From Myxococcota bacterium (lineage in GTDB: Bacteria; Myxococcota_A; UBA9042; PHBI01; JAWLBL01): a DNA stretch of 64,000 nt. The stretch spans positions 131,627 through 195,626 of the forward strand of contig JAWLBL010000015.1 in the NCBI GenBank assembly GCA_041687695.1, given 5' to 3'. A model generated the notes under the pieces. The model had not been told where the DNA came from. It did no database searches and was given only the letters and a program-made list of their open reading frames with translations. This document shows positions 21,083 to 37,141 of the stretch, piece after piece (position 1 is the stretch's first letter; every line of letters starts with the position of its first letter). Both the position numbers and the translations under genes were made by a program.

Positions 21083-21871
21083 GTCCATAGCGCCGGCGGC
21101 ACGAACGACCTTGCGACTACGCTCGGGACTGGGGTGCCGTTCCGCCGCCGCAGGCGGCTATGGACCGCGCAGGCCGTGCCTGCGCTATGCGATTGTCGCG
21201 CCTCCTCTACACCCGCGCGGTCCACAGCGCCGGCGTGGCCGGCGCGTTCCATAGCGCCTTCGGCGCGAACGTCCCTGCGACCATGCTCGGTGCTGGGGTG
21301 CCGTTCCGCCGCCGCAGGCGGCTATGGACCGCGCAGGCCGTGCCTGCGCTATGCGATTGTGGCGCCTCCTGTGTACTCGTGCGGTCCACAGCGCCGGCGT
21401 GGCCGGCGCGCTCCATAGCGCCTTCGGCGCGAACGAAGCGCCTTCGGCGCGAACGACCCTGCGACCATGGTCGATGCCGAGGTGCCGTTCCGCCGCCGCA
21501 GGCGGCTGTGGACCGCGCAGGCCGTGCCTGCGCTATGCGATTGTCGCGCCTCCTCTACACCCGCGCGGTCCACAGCGCCGGCGTGGCCAGCGCGAACGAC
21601 CCTGCGACTACGCTCGGGACTGGGGCGCCGTTCCGCCGCCGCAGGCGGCTATGGACCGCGCAGGCCTTGCCTGCGCTGTGCGATTGTCGCGCCTCCTCTG
21701 TACCCGCGCGGTCCACAGCGCCGGCGTGGCCGGCGCGCTCCATAGCGCCTTCGGCGCGAACGAAGCGCCTTCGGCGCGAACGGAGCGCCGGCGTGGCCGG
21801 CGCGCTCCATAGCGCCTGCGGCGCGAACGAAGCGCCTTCGGCGCGAACGGAGCGCCGGCGTGGCCGGCGCG
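21083..21871. repeat. Composite REP/BIME-like array: four units of about 144-184 bp plus extra hairpin copies
   Basis: Unit core (G)YGCCGTTCCGCCGCCGCAGGCGGCT recurs at about 21134, 21298, 21482 and 21626. Hairpins are flanked by CAYAG/CTATG feet. Confidence 0.85.
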
Positions 21872-21900
21872 GTTGATGGCGCGAGGAGGCTTGGGGGGAG

Positions 21901-22965
21901 TCAGGCCAGGCGGGCGAGGACGGCGTCGCCGGCTTGGGTGGTGGAGGCCGTGCCGCCGAGGTCGCGGGTGCGGACGCCGGCGGAGACGGCGGCGGAGACG
22001 GCCTGCTCGATGGCGGCGGCCTCGGGTTCGAGGGAGAGGGAGTGGCGGAGCAGCATCGCCGCGCTGAGGATGGTGGCGTAGGGGTTGGCCACGTTCTGGC
22101 CGGCGATGTCGGGGGCCGAGCCGTGGATGGGCTCGTACAGGCCGCGGCGGCCCTGGCCGAGGGAGGCCGAGGGGAGCAGGCCCAGGGAGCCGGAGAGGAC
22201 CGAGGCCTCGTCGGTCAGGATGTCGCCGAACATGTTCTCGGTGACGACGACGTCGAAGGACGCGGGGTGGGTGACGAGGCGCATGGCGCAGGAGTCGACG
22301 AGCTGGTGCTCGAGGGTGACGTCCGGGTAGTCGGCGGCGACCTCGGTGGCGACCTGGCGCCACAGACGCGAGGACTCGAGCACGTTGGCCTTGTCGACGC
22401 TGGTGACGCGCTTGCGGCGACCGCGGGCGAGTTCGAAGGCCAGCTTCACGACCCGCCGGATCTCGGCGTCGGTGTACTCGAGCGTGTCGACCGCGCGCAC
22501 GCCGCCGTCGGCCGTGGGCTCGCGCAGCCGCGGCTGGCCGAAGTACAGGCCGCCGGTCAGCTCGCGCACGACCAGCAGATCGACGCCCTCGAGCCGCTCG
22601 GGCTTGAGCGGCGAGGCGTCGACCAGCGCCGGGTGCAGGGTGACCGGCCGCAGGTTGGCGTACAGGCCCAGCGCCTTTCGGATGGCCAGCAGGCCTTGCT
22701 CGGGGCGCACCTTGGCCGCCGGGTCGTCCCACTTCGGCCCGCCGACCGCGCCCAGCAGGATGGCGTCGGCCGCGCGGGCGGCCTCGAGCGCCTCGGGCGG
22801 CAGCGGCTGGCCGGTCGCGTCGATGGCGGCGCCGCCGATCAGGTGGTCCGAGAACTGGAAGTCGTGGCCGAACCGGGCCGCGATGCGCTCGAGCACGCGC
22901 CTCGCCTCGGCCGTCACCTCGGGCCCCAGGCCGTCGCCCGCCAGCACTACGATCGTCGCCTTCAC
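21901..22965 (-). CDS. leuB: 3-isopropylmalate dehydrogenase
   Basis: [45 protein letters not shown] and [12 protein letters not shown]. Confidence 0.96.
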   Translation of the reverse strand: MKATIVVLAGDGLGPEVTAEARRVLERIAARFGHDFQFSDHLIGGAAIDATGQPLPPEALEAARAADAILLGAVGGPKWDDPAAKVRPEQGLLAIRKALGLYANLRPVTLHPALVDASPLKPERLEGVDLLVVRELTGGLYFGQPRLREPTADGGVRAVDTLEYTDAEIRRVVKLAFELARGRRKRVTSVDKANVLESSRLWRQVATEVAADYPDVTLEHQLVDSCAMRLVTHPASFDVVVTENMFGDILTDEASVLSGSLGLLPSASLGQGRRGLYEPIHGSAPDIAGQNVANPYATILSAAMLLRHSLSLEPEAAAIEQAVSAAVSAGVRTRDLGGTASTTQAGDAVLARLA

Positions 22966-23555
22966 GCGGCCTCCTCGGCGTCACGGGCCGCCTCCCAGGC
23001 GGCGATGCGGTCCACGAAGCCCAGTAGATAGCCCAGCTCGTCCACGCCGCGCAGCAGACAATTGCGCGAGAACGCGTCGATGGGGAACGGCACCTCGCGC
23101 CCGTCGGGCAGCCGCAGTGTGCACGCCTCGAGATCGACCGTCACCTCGGCCGCCGGGTCCGCCGCCCGCGCCCGCAGCAGCTCGGCGTGCGCCCACGCGG
23201 GCACCGCCACCGGCACCAAGCCGTTCTTCAGCGCGTTGCCCCGGAAGATGTCGGCGAAGCTGGTCGACACCACCGCCCGGAAGCCCCCCGCCCGCAGCGC
23301 CCACGGCGCGTGCTCGCGCGACGACCCGCAGCCGAAGTTGTCGCCCGCCACCAGGATCTCGGCCCCCGCCGCCTCGGGCTGGTTCAGCGCGAAGCCCGGC
23401 TCCTGCCGCCAGTCGGCGAACAGCGCCTCGCCCAGCCCCTGCTTGTCCGTCACCTTCAGAAAGCGCGCCGGGATGATCTGGTCGGTGTCGATGTTCGGCA
23501 CCGGCAGCGCCACCATCCGCGCCGTCACCCGCGTCAGCCCCACCCGCTCAGACAT
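22962..23555 (-). CDS. leuD: 3-isopropylmalate dehydratase small subunit
   Basis: [28 protein letters not shown] and FADIF..N. Confidence 0.96.
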   Translation of the reverse strand: MSERVGLTRVTARMVALPVPNIDTDQIIPARFLKVTDKQGLGEALFADWRQEPGFALNQPEAAGAEILVAGDNFGCGSSREHAPWALRAGGFRAVVSTSFADIFRGNALKNGLVPVAVPAWAHAELLRARAADPAAEVTVDLEACTLRLPDGREVPFPIDAFSRNCLLRGVDELGYLLGFVDRIAAWEAARDAEEAA

Positions 23556-24987
23556 CGCTCACCTCCAGCGCCCGCGCCGCCCTCACCAGCGTCCGCGGGT
23601 CCGTCACCCGCCCGGTCACCGCGCAGGCCGCCGCCGTCAGCGGCGACGCCAGCATCGTCCGCCCGCCGCGCCCCTGCCGCCCCTCGAAGTTGCGGTTCGA
23701 CGTGCTGACCGCGACCTGGCCCGCCTGGATCTGGTCGCCGTTCATCGCGATGCACATCGAGCACCCCGGCTCGCGCCACTCGGCGCCCGCCTCGCGGAAC
23801 ACCCGGTCGAGCCCCTCGGCCTCGGCGTCCCGCTTGACCGCCTGCGACCCCGGCACCACCAGCACCCGCACGCCCGGCGCCACCTTGCGCCCGCGCATCA
23901 CGCTCGCCGCCTCGCGGAGATCGCTCAGCCGCGAGTTGGTGCACGACCCGATGAACACCACGTCCACCGGCCGCCCCGCGATGGGCTGCCCGGCGTCGAG
24001 CCCCATGTACCCCAGCGCCTTGTCCAGCGTCGTCCGGTCGGCCGCGCAGGCCAGCGCGTCGGGATCCGGCACCCGCCCGCCGACCGGCGCCCCCATCGCC
24101 GGGTTGGTGCCCCAGGTGATCATCGGCTCGAGCGCGCTCGCGTCCAGCGTCACCGTCTTGGCGAAGGCCGCCCCCTCGTCGGTCGTCAGCCGCCGCCACC
24201 GCGCCACCGCCCGGTCCCAGGCCGCACCGCTCGGCGCGTGCTCGCGCCCGCGAAGGTACTCGAACGTCGTCTCGTCCGGCGCCACCATCCCGGCCTTTGC
24301 GCCGGCCTCGATGGACATGTTGCACAGCGTCATCCGCTGCTCCATGTCCATCGCCCGCACGGCCTCGCCACGGAACTCGAACACGTGCCCGGTCCCGCCG
24401 CCGGTCCCGATCTTCGCGATGAGCGCCAGGATGACGTCCTTGGCCCCCACCCCCGCCGGCAGCCGCCCCTCGATCCGCACCTCGTAGGGCGTCGGCCGCC
24501 GCTGCAAGAGGCACTGCGTCGCCAGGACGTGCTCGACCTCGCTGGTCCCGATGCCGAAGGCCAGCGCCCCGAACGCCCCGTGGGTCGACGTGTGGCTGTC
24601 GCCGCAGACGATGGTCATCCCCGGCTGCGTCAGCCCCAGCTCGGGCCCGATGACGTGCACGATCCCGTTGGTCGGCGCCCCCAGGCCGTGCAGCCGGATG
24701 CCGTGGGCCGCGCAGTTGTCGGCCAGCCGCCGCAGCTGCGCCGCGCCCTGCGCGTCGGCCGCCTCGAGCCCGCCCGGCACCGTCGGCGTCGAGTGGTCCA
24801 TGGTCGCCACGGTGCGGTCGGGCCGCCGCACCCTCAGCCCGCGCGCCTCGAGGCCCGAGAAGGCCTGCGGCGACGTCACCTCGTGGACCAGGTGCAGGTC
24901 GATGTACAGGACCGCCGGGCAGTCCGGCTCGTGGGCCACGACGTGCGCGTCCCAGACCTTGTCGAACAGGGTGCGGGGCTGGCTCAC
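23548..24987 (-). CDS. leuC: 3-isopropylmalate dehydratase large subunit
   Basis: [33 protein letters not shown] and [12 protein letters not shown]. Confidence 0.97.
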   Translation of the reverse strand: MSQPRTLFDKVWDAHVVAHEPDCPAVLYIDLHLVHEVTSPQAFSGLEARGLRVRRPDRTVATMDHSTPTVPGGLEAADAQGAAQLRRLADNCAAHGIRLHGLGAPTNGIVHVIGPELGLTQPGMTIVCGDSHTSTHGAFGALAFGIGTSEVEHVLATQCLLQRRPTPYEVRIEGRLPAGVGAKDVILALIAKIGTGGGTGHVFEFRGEAVRAMDMEQRMTLCNMSIEAGAKAGMVAPDETTFEYLRGREHAPSGAAWDRAVARWRRLTTDEGAAFAKTVTLDASALEPMITWGTNPAMGAPVGGRVPDPDALACAADRTTLDKALGYMGLDAGQPIAGRPVDVVFIGSCTNSRLSDLREAASVMRGRKVAPGVRVLVVPGSQAVKRDAEAEGLDRVFREAGAEWREPGCSMCIAMNGDQIQAGQVAVSTSNRNFEGRQGRGGRTMLASPLTAAACAVTGRVTDPRTLVRAARALEVSDV

Positions 24988-26663
24988 GCGCGCACCTCCT
25001 CCGCCGGGGCCTCGGCCGGGCGCGCCGCCTCGCCGCTGACCTCCAGCGTGACGCCGCGCGCGGTCAGCAGCCGGTTGACGGCCGCCAGGTAGGCCTTGGC
25101 GCTGGCCACGATGATGTCGGTGTCCGCCCCGTGCCCGTGGAACACGCGGGCCAGCGCGTCGCCGCTCTGCGGGTTGGTCTTGGCCCCGCTGGCCTTGCCG
25201 CGGATGCGGACCGAGACCTCGCCCAGCGCGTCGATGCCCTCGGTCACCGCGTGCACCGAGTACTCGAGCAGCTCGGCCTCGAGCCGCACGTGCTTGTTCA
25301 CCAGCTGGTCGATGGCCTTGAAGCTGGCGTCCACCGGCCCGGTGCCCACCGACGCCTCGACCGTGCTGGACCCGTCGGGCGCGCGCAGCCGCACCGTCGC
25401 CGTCGGCAGCCCGATGGTGCCGCAGCCGACCTGCAGCCCCGACAGGGCGAACAGCTCGGGCGCCTGGCGCAGCTCGCTCGACACCAGCGCCTCGAGGTCC
25501 GCGTCGGTCACCACCTTCTTGCGGTCGGCCAGCTCCTTGAAGCGGTCGAAGGCCCGCTGCAGGTCCTCGCCCTCGACCGGGTAGCCCAGCTCGGCCAGCC
25601 GCGCCGACAGCGCCGCCCGCCCCGAGTGCTTGCCCATGACCAGCCGCGTCTGCTGCGCGCCGACCGTCTCGGGCCGCATGATCTCGTAGGTCTCGGCGTT
25701 CTTGAGCATCCCGTCCTGGTGGATGCCCGACTCGTGCGCGAACGCGTTGGCGCCCACGATCGCCTTGTTGGGCTGCACGTGCATCCCGGTCGTCGTCGAG
25801 ACCAGCCGGCTCGCCCGCGTCAGCTGCGTCGCGTCGATCCCGGTCCGCAGCCCGAAGCGCCCCCGCCGCGTCGCCAGCGCCATCACGATCTCCTCCAGCG
25901 CGCAGTTGCCCGCCCGCTCGCCGATGCCGTTGATGGTCACCTCGGCCTGGCGCGCGCCGTTGGCCAGCCCGGCCAGCGTGTTCGCCGTCGCCAGCCCAAG
26001 ATCGTTGTGGCAGTGGACGCTGATGATGGCCCGGTCGATGCCCGGCACGTTGGCCTTGATGCCCGCGATGAGGGCCCCGAACTCGTCGGGCGTCGTGTAG
26101 CCGACCGTGTCCGGGATGTTCAGCGTCGTCGCGCCGGCCGCGATGACCGCCGCCAGCACCTCGTACAGGAACTCGGGCTCGGTGCGGCCCGCGTCCTCGG
26201 GGCTGAACTCGATGTCCTCGCAGCGCTCGCGCGCGTAGGCCACCATGGTCCGCGCCCGCTCGACGACCTGCTCGCGGCTCATGCGCAGCTTGTGCTCGCG
26301 GTGGATGGGCGAGGTCGCGAGGAAGGTGTGGATGCGCGGCAGCGCCGCCGGGCGCACCGCCTGCCAGGCCTTGTCGATGTCGCCGGGGGTCGCCCGCGCC
26401 AGCCCGCAGATGATGGGCGGCGTCTCGGTCGGGCGGCCGTCGACCGGGCCGGCCCCGATCTGCTGGGCGATGGTCCGGACCGCCAGCAGATCGTCGGGCG
26501 AGGCGGCCGGGAAGCCCGTCTCGATGACGTCCACGCCCAGGCGCGCCAGCGCCCGCGCCACCTCCAGCTTCTCGGCCGAGGTCATGGTCGCGCCGGGCGA
26601 CTGCTCGCCGTCGCGGAGCGTGGTGTCGAAGATCCGCACGTAGTCGGGAGAGAGCGTCGTCAT
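24984..26663 (-). CDS. leuA: 2-isopropylmalate synthase
   Basis: [38 protein letters not shown] and C-terminal regulatory domain; ATG at 26663. Confidence 0.96.
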   Translation of the reverse strand: MTTLSPDYVRIFDTTLRDGEQSPGATMTSAEKLEVARALARLGVDVIETGFPAASPDDLLAVRTIAQQIGAGPVDGRPTETPPIICGLARATPGDIDKAWQAVRPAALPRIHTFLATSPIHREHKLRMSREQVVERARTMVAYARERCEDIEFSPEDAGRTEPEFLYEVLAAVIAAGATTLNIPDTVGYTTPDEFGALIAGIKANVPGIDRAIISVHCHNDLGLATANTLAGLANGARQAEVTINGIGERAGNCALEEIVMALATRRGRFGLRTGIDATQLTRASRLVSTTTGMHVQPNKAIVGANAFAHESGIHQDGMLKNAETYEIMRPETVGAQQTRLVMGKHSGRAALSARLAELGYPVEGEDLQRAFDRFKELADRKKVVTDADLEALVSSELRQAPELFALSGLQVGCGTIGLPTATVRLRAPDGSSTVEASVGTGPVDASFKAIDQLVNKHVRLEAELLEYSVHAVTEGIDALGEVSVRIRGKASGAKTNPQSGDALARVFHGHGADTDIIVASAKAYLAAVNRLLTARGVTLEVSGEAARPAEAPAEEVRA

Positions 26664-26699
26664 GTGTCCATCCGTGAAAGCGGCCGCCCCCCGAAACGG

Positions 26700-26736
26700 C
26701 GACGGCCCCGCATCCTGCCTGGTTGCGGGGCCGTCG
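26700..26736 (-). terminator. Attenuator terminator-like hairpin upstream of leuA
   Basis: 13-bp perfect stem CGACGGCCCCGCA-N11-TGCGGGGCCGTCG followed by CCGTTT (weak U-tract). Confidence 0.7.
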
Positions 26737-26754
26737 TCGGGTCCGAGAGGAGGC

Positions 26755-26913
26755 TCAGACGCGAGGCGGCCCGCACCCCAGCAGCGCAAGCCCCAGCAAC
26801 CCGAGCAGCAGGCTCGAATAGTCCCGAAGCGCCCCGGCCGAAGCCGCTGACGGCGCGCTCGGCCGCGGCGTCCCCCGGGGGAGGGGAGGCCGACCCGGCT
26901 CGCGCTGGCGCAT
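26755..26913 (-). CDS. Leucine-rich leader peptide of the leu operon (not in the ORF track)
   Basis: [30 protein letters not shown], with 8 Leu in 11 codons near the stop. In-frame upstream ATG/GTG at 26925/26928. Confidence 0.7.
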   Translation of the reverse strand: MRQREPGRPPLPRGTPRPSAPSAASAGALRDYSSLLLGLLGLALLGCGPPRV

Positions 26914-26933
26914 GCAGGACGTCATCACGGCCG

Positions 26934-26962
26934 AGGGTGACGGGCGTGACGCGCCGAGTCAA
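26934..26962 (-). promoter_or_regulatory. Candidate sigma70 promoter for the leu leader
   Basis: Minus strand TTGACT-N17-CACCCT directly upstream of GTG ATG. Confidence 0.45.
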
Positions 26963-27307
26963 GCGCGCCGCGAGGCCTCCTGCCGGCCGCCTCGCCGCCG
27001 GCGAGCCGAAAACATCAAGGATCACCGCCGGTTGTGAAAGCGTATTCCGTTAGTGCGACCGCTGGTGTGCGCTCGCGCGCACCTCACGACATACTCACCC
27101 GGAGCAATCGGCTAGCGTCCGGTTGCCCGACCCCTGAGTTCATCCGCACAGCAACCGGCCGTCCAAGGCCCGCGTTCGCTCGCGGCGAGGGGCATCGCAC
27201 CGAGGTTCACCCTGATTCCACCCGCGTCCGCGGGGGTGAATCTCCGCCTTGCCGCGCCTCCGACCGTGAGCGCCCGCCGGTATGCCGGACGGCCAACGAG
27301 GTGACCC

Positions 27308-29758
27308 ATGCTCGCTCTCTGGCGCCGCCCCTGGCGGCTCGCCTCTCTCATGGCGTTTGCCATGACGCTCGCCCCGGCGTGTGGCGACGACAACCTTGGC
27401 GGCGGTTTCGTGGACGACATCTTCGCCGACAACGGCGAGCCGGCGCCCGACCCGGACGCCGACGCCACCACCGACACCGGCGACGATGTCCCCGACGATG
27501 ACGTCGACGCGGTCGACGACGTCGCGCCCGCGACCTGTACCAACAACGACGACTGTCTCGCGACCGAGTTCTGTCTGCTGCTGGACTGTACGGCGCCCGG
27601 CACCTGTGAGACCCGGCCCACCGAGTGCGCGGTCATCTACGCCCCGGTCTGCGGCTGCGACGGCGTGACCTACGACAACGCCTGCGAGGCGAACCGAGCC
27701 GGCGTGTCCCTGGGCTCCATCGGCGCCTGTCCGCTACCGCCGGAGTGTGAAGTCGACGCCGACTGTCCGGCTGGCGAGATCTGCCTGAACGGCCAGTGCG
27801 TCGCCGCGCCGCCCGAGTGCGTGGTGGACGGCGACTGCCCCGCGGGCGAGATCTGCGTCGACGGCGAGTGCGTCGCGGCGCCGCCCGAGTGCACCAAGGA
27901 CTCGGACTGCCCGATGGGCGAGATCTGCGTCGACGGCCAGTGCGTCGCGGCGCCGCCCGAGTGCGAGACCGACGACGACTGCCCGGCGGGCAAGATCTGC
28001 GTCGACGGCCAGTGCGTCGCGGCGCCGCCCGAGTGCACCAAGGACTCGGACTGCGACTACGGCGAGATCTGCGTCGACGGCCAGTGCGTCGCGGCGCCGC
28101 CCGAGTGCACCAAGGACTCGGACTGCGACTACGGCGAGATCTGCGTCGACGGCCAGTGCGTCGCGGCGCCGCCCGAGTGCGAGACCGACGACGACTGCGA
28201 CTACGGCAAGGTGTGCAAGGACGGCAAGTGCGTCGCCCCGCCGCCCGAGTGCGAGACCGACGACGACTGCCCCTATGGCAAGGTCTGCATCGGCTGGATG
28301 TGCGTCCTGCCGCCGCCCGAGTGCGTGGTCGACGCGGACTGCGACTACGGCGAGATCTGCAAGGACGGCGAGTGCATCATCCCGCCGCCCGAGTGCACGA
28401 AGAACAAGGACTGCCCCTACGGCAAGCAGTGCATGGACGGCAAGTGCGTCAACCCGCCCGAGTGCGTGAAGAACGCGGACTGCCCGACCGGCAAGATCTG
28501 CGTCGACCACCGCTGCGTCCTGCCGCCGCCGGAGTGCAAGTACCACACGGACTGCCCGACCGGTGAGATCTGCCACTTCGGCGAGTGCGTGCTGCCGCCG
28601 ACCGAGTGCGTCAAGAACGAGGACTGCCTGTACGGCCAGGTCTGCGTCTACGGCCAGTGCGTGCTGGCGCCCCCCGAGTGCAAGGAGGACACCGACTGCG
28701 GCACCGGCGAGGTCTGCAAGTACGGCCAGTGCGTCCTGCCGCCGGCCGAGTGCGTCTGGGACGAGGACTGCAAGTACGGCGAGCTGTGCCTGTACGGGCA
28801 GTGCGTGGTGGTGCCGCGCGAGTGCACCAAGGACAAGGAGTGCGCCTACGCCGAGACGTGCGTCAACGGCGAGTGCGTCGAGGCGCCGCGGCCCTGCGAG
28901 GTCAACGCGGACTGCGAGGACGGCCACGTCTGCGCCGGTGGGTACTGCGTGCTGCCGCCCGAGTCGTGCGACTACGACGAGGACTGCGGCCAGGGCGAGA
29001 TCTGCAAGTACGACGAGTGCATCCTGCCGCCGGCCGAGTGCGTCTTCAACGGCGACTGCTACGGCGACGAGCTCTGCGTGTACGGCCAGTGCGTCCAGCC
29101 GCCGGCCGAGTGCTACAAGGACGAGGAGTGCCCGACCGGCGAAGTGTGCAAGTACGGCGAGTGCGTGCTGCCGCCGGCCGAGTGCGTCCTGAACGAGGAC
29201 TGCAAGTACGACGAGCAGTGCGTCTACGGCCAGTGCGTGCTGGCGCCGCCCGAGTGCACGTACGACAGCGACTGCCCGAGCGGCTACGAGTGCAAGTACG
29301 ACTACTGCGTCCTGGCGCCGCCCGAGTGCCAGTACGACGCGGACTGCCCGTACGGCGAGGTCTGCATCGACGGCCAGTGCGTCGTGGCGCCGCCGGAGTG
29401 CAAGTACGACAAGGACTGCGACTACGGCAAGATCTGCGTCGAGGGCGTCTGCGTCCTGCCGCCGCCCGAGTGCCAGTACGACGAGGACTGCGACTACGGC
29501 GAGATCTGCGTCGAGGGCCAGTGCGTCTCGCCGCCGCCCGGGTGCAAGTACGACAAGGATTGCAGCTACGGCGAGATCTGCGTCGACGGCCAGTGCGTCT
29601 CGCCCCCGCAGTCCTGCAAGAAGGACTACGACTGCTCGTCCGGCTACGTGTGCGACAAGGGCCAGTGCGTCGAGGCGCCGCCCGAGTGCTCCAAGAACTC
29701 CCACTGCTACTTCTGGCAGATGTGCGTCGAGGGTTACTGCCAGGACAAGTGGTGGTGA
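27308..29758 (+). CDS. Cys-rich repeat lipoprotein: Kazal-like domain plus 28 x 24-aa four-Cys repeats
   Basis: Lipobox LAPA-C; Kazal-like CAVIYAPVCGCDGVTYDNAC; repeats PPEC-x5-C-x5-C-x4-C from about 27737 to 29755. Confidence 0.85.
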   Translation: MLALWRRPWRLASLMAFAMTLAPACGDDNLGGGFVDDIFADNGEPAPDPDADATTDTGDDVPDDDVDAVDDVAPATCTNNDDCLATEFCLLLDCTAPGTCETRPTECAVIYAPVCGCDGVTYDNACEANRAGVSLGSIGACPLPPECEVDADCPAGEICLNGQCVAAPPECVVDGDCPAGEICVDGECVAAPPECTKDSDCPMGEICVDGQCVAAPPECETDDDCPAGKICVDGQCVAAPPECTKDSDCDYGEICVDGQCVAAPPECTKDSDCDYGEICVDGQCVAAPPECETDDDCDYGKVCKDGKCVAPPPECETDDDCPYGKVCIGWMCVLPPPECVVDADCDYGEICKDGECIIPPPECTKNKDCPYGKQCMDGKCVNPPECVKNADCPTGKICVDHRCVLPPPECKYHTDCPTGEICHFGECVLPPTECVKNEDCLYGQVCVYGQCVLAPPECKEDTDCGTGEVCKYGQCVLPPAECVWDEDCKYGELCLYGQCVVVPRECTKDKECAYAETCVNGECVEAPRPCEVNADCEDGHVCAGGYCVLPPESCDYDEDCGQGEICKYDECILPPAECVFNGDCYGDELCVYGQCVQPPAECYKDEECPTGEVCKYGECVLPPAECVLNEDCKYDEQCVYGQCVLAPPECTYDSDCPSGYECKYDYCVLAPPECQYDADCPYGEVCIDGQCVVAPPECKYDKDCDYGKICVEGVCVLPPPECQYDEDCDYGEICVEGQCVSPPPGCKYDKDCSYGEICVDGQCVSPPQSCKKDYDCSSGYVCDKGQCVEAPPECSKNSHCYFWQMCVEGYCQDKWW

Positions 29759-30303
29759 TCCCCCACTGACCGGTGACCCGGGCGGGCCCTCGTGACCCGC
29801 TCGAGGCGCCGGGTCCCGCGAAACTCCCCGACAGCGCTTGGACGCCCGGGTCGAGCTCGACGCTCGGCCCGGGCGTTCGCCTTTCGAAGCGACCGCTCCC
29901 GTGACCCGCGCGCACGGGCGGAATACATTCGCTGAGCCTCTCAAGGGCCCACGCGCTCGCGGGTCGCGACTTTGCCGCGCTCCCCGCCCTCCGGCCGTGG
30001 TCCCCGCGTCCGCCCGCCTGCTTGGCCGCCATCTGCCGCGGCCGAAACCCAATCTTCTTTTCTCGACGAAGCTCCCATCGGGCCGCGGTCAGGGTCGCTG
30101 ACGCGCTCCATGCCTGGCGCACGTGCGCGGACGGCAGGGCGCGTGATGATCCGGGCCGCGGTAGCGCCGCCGTGCCTGCGGCGCGACGTCGGGCGTCCGG
30201 TCTCGGGCGCCTCGTGCGGTGGCCTTCGTGTGCCCTGTGGGGGAGGTGCTCGATGTGGCGATCGATGGATGAGGCGCGTCCGGCGGCGGGCGACGCAGTG
30301 ACG

Positions 30304-35646
<5,343 letters not shown>

Positions 35647-35825
35647 CCCTTTCTAGCCTCCCCTCCCCGGCGCCCGCCCGGACCTCGGCCCCCAACCGAG
35701 CGTCCGCGGCGGGCGTCGGCGTTCGACGAGGCGCGCCGCTTCGACCCGCTGAGGACCCGAGGGTTGGACCGGGGGGCTCGGGGTGTCACCGTTGTCCGTG
35801 AAGCACGGTTTCGCGGAGAGACGCG

Positions 35826-36266
35826 ATGAGCGAGCGCACGGTGAGGATGGAAGGCGTCCACGGGGCGATGGAGCTGAGGTGTCCGGCGCCCGGCGTGGTG
35901 GTGCTGGTGCTGTCGGGCCAGGACGCCGGGGAGCTGGGCGATCGGCCGTTTCGGGAGCTGGAGCGGATCCTGGCCGATGGACGGGTGGACCTGTTCATCG
36001 ACGGACGCGACAGCCGCGGGCCGACCATCGACGTCAGCAACGCCTGGGCCGAGTGGCTGGCGCGGCACCGAAAGCGGCTGGACCGGGTGACGATGCTGAC
36101 CGGCAGCCGGTTCGTCGAGGTCACCGCGTCCTTCGTGCGGCGCTTCGCCAAGCTCGAGGACCTGATGCGGGTCACCACCGACCCGGCGGCCTTCGACAGC
36201 GAGCTGGCCCTGGCGGTGCAGGCGGCCGCGCTCGAGGCCGGCGACGAAGGCGGGCTGCTGCACTGA
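35826..36266 (+). CDS. Hypothetical protein, STAS/SEC14-like alpha/beta fold possible
   Basis: GGAG RBS, typical codon bias, alternating beta/alpha pattern; fold call is inference. Confidence 0.55.
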   Translation: MSERTVRMEGVHGAMELRCPAPGVVVLVLSGQDAGELGDRPFRELERILADGRVDLFIDGRDSRGPTIDVSNAWAEWLARHRKRLDRVTMLTGSRFVEVTASFVRRFAKLEDLMRVTTDPAAFDSELALAVQAAALEAGDEGGLLH

Positions 36267-36271
36267 GCGGC

Positions 36272-36823
36272 GTGAGCCAGCGCGACCCAGGCGCGGCGCC
36301 GGGGCCGGCGACCCGGCTCTTCACCTTCGGCCACTCGACGCGGTCGCTGGAGGAGGCCATCGACACCCTGCGCGCCCACGGGGTCGGGGCCCTGGTCGAC
36401 GTGCGGCGCTTCCCCGGCTCGCGGCGGCTGCCCCACTTCGGGCGCGACCAGCTGGCGCCCGCGCTGGCGGCGGCGGGGCTCGAGTACGTCTGGGAAGAGG
36501 ACCTGGGCGGCCGGCGAAGGCGCCGCGAAGGCTCGCCCCACACCGCTTGGCGGGTCGCCTCGTTCGCCGCCTACGCCGACCACATGGACTCGCCCGAGTT
36601 CATCGCGGCCGCCGAGCGGGTGATGGCGACGGCCGCGCGGGTCCCCACCGCCGTGATGTGCGCCGAGGCGCGCCCCGAGCAGTGCCACCGCCGGCTCATC
36701 GCCGACTGGATGACCGTGCGCGGCGTCGAGGTCCTGCACCTGATGACGCCGACCCGCGCCGTGCCCCACCGCGTGCCCGACTTCGCCCGGGTCGAGGACG
36801 GCCGGCTGGTCTACGACGGGTGA
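36272..36823 (+). CDS. DUF488 family protein
   Basis: TFGHS, LVDVRRFPGS, LGGRR and MCAEA..CHR..IAD motifs. Confidence 0.85.
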   Translation: MSQRDPGAAPGPATRLFTFGHSTRSLEEAIDTLRAHGVGALVDVRRFPGSRRLPHFGRDQLAPALAAAGLEYVWEEDLGGRRRRREGSPHTAWRVASFAAYADHMDSPEFIAAAERVMATAARVPTAVMCAEARPEQCHRRLIADWMTVRGVEVLHLMTPTRAVPHRVPDFARVEDGRLVYDG

Positions 36824-37141
36824 CGGGAGGGGCGAAGTCGCAGCGCGTCAGGCTGGGGATCGGGAGAGCGACCCATGAGCCCTAGCGAGCTGGGGCGTTC
36901 CGTAGAAGGCTCGCCGCTGCGAATCCACCACGGAGCCCGACGACCGGACTGCACGAGCTCGCTCGTGCTCCGGCGTAGCGCGGCTCGCCGCGCTGAATGC
37001 GAGGCGTGGCGGGCCCACTCGAGACTTCGCGATCGCCCTGGGGAGGCCGCTCGGGCCGGGTGACACGGCGTGCGAGGCGGCGTAAGGTGCTGGGCTACCC
37101 TCCATCGCCCATGACGGGGCGCGTCTTCGAGAGCTGGCCCC

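Noticed and set aside
21083..21871. Possible CRISPR array
   Set aside because: The inter-repeat segments are homologous variants rather than unique spacers, the units are 144-184 bp, and there are no cas genes. The adjacent RAYT explains it as a REP array.
27030..27300. c-di-GMP-type riboswitch upstream of the repeat lipoprotein
   Set aside because: Only a vague GCTAGCG..GGTTGCC resemblance and one hairpin. The conserved GCAAA/GNRA core is absent. A covariance-model scan would settle it.
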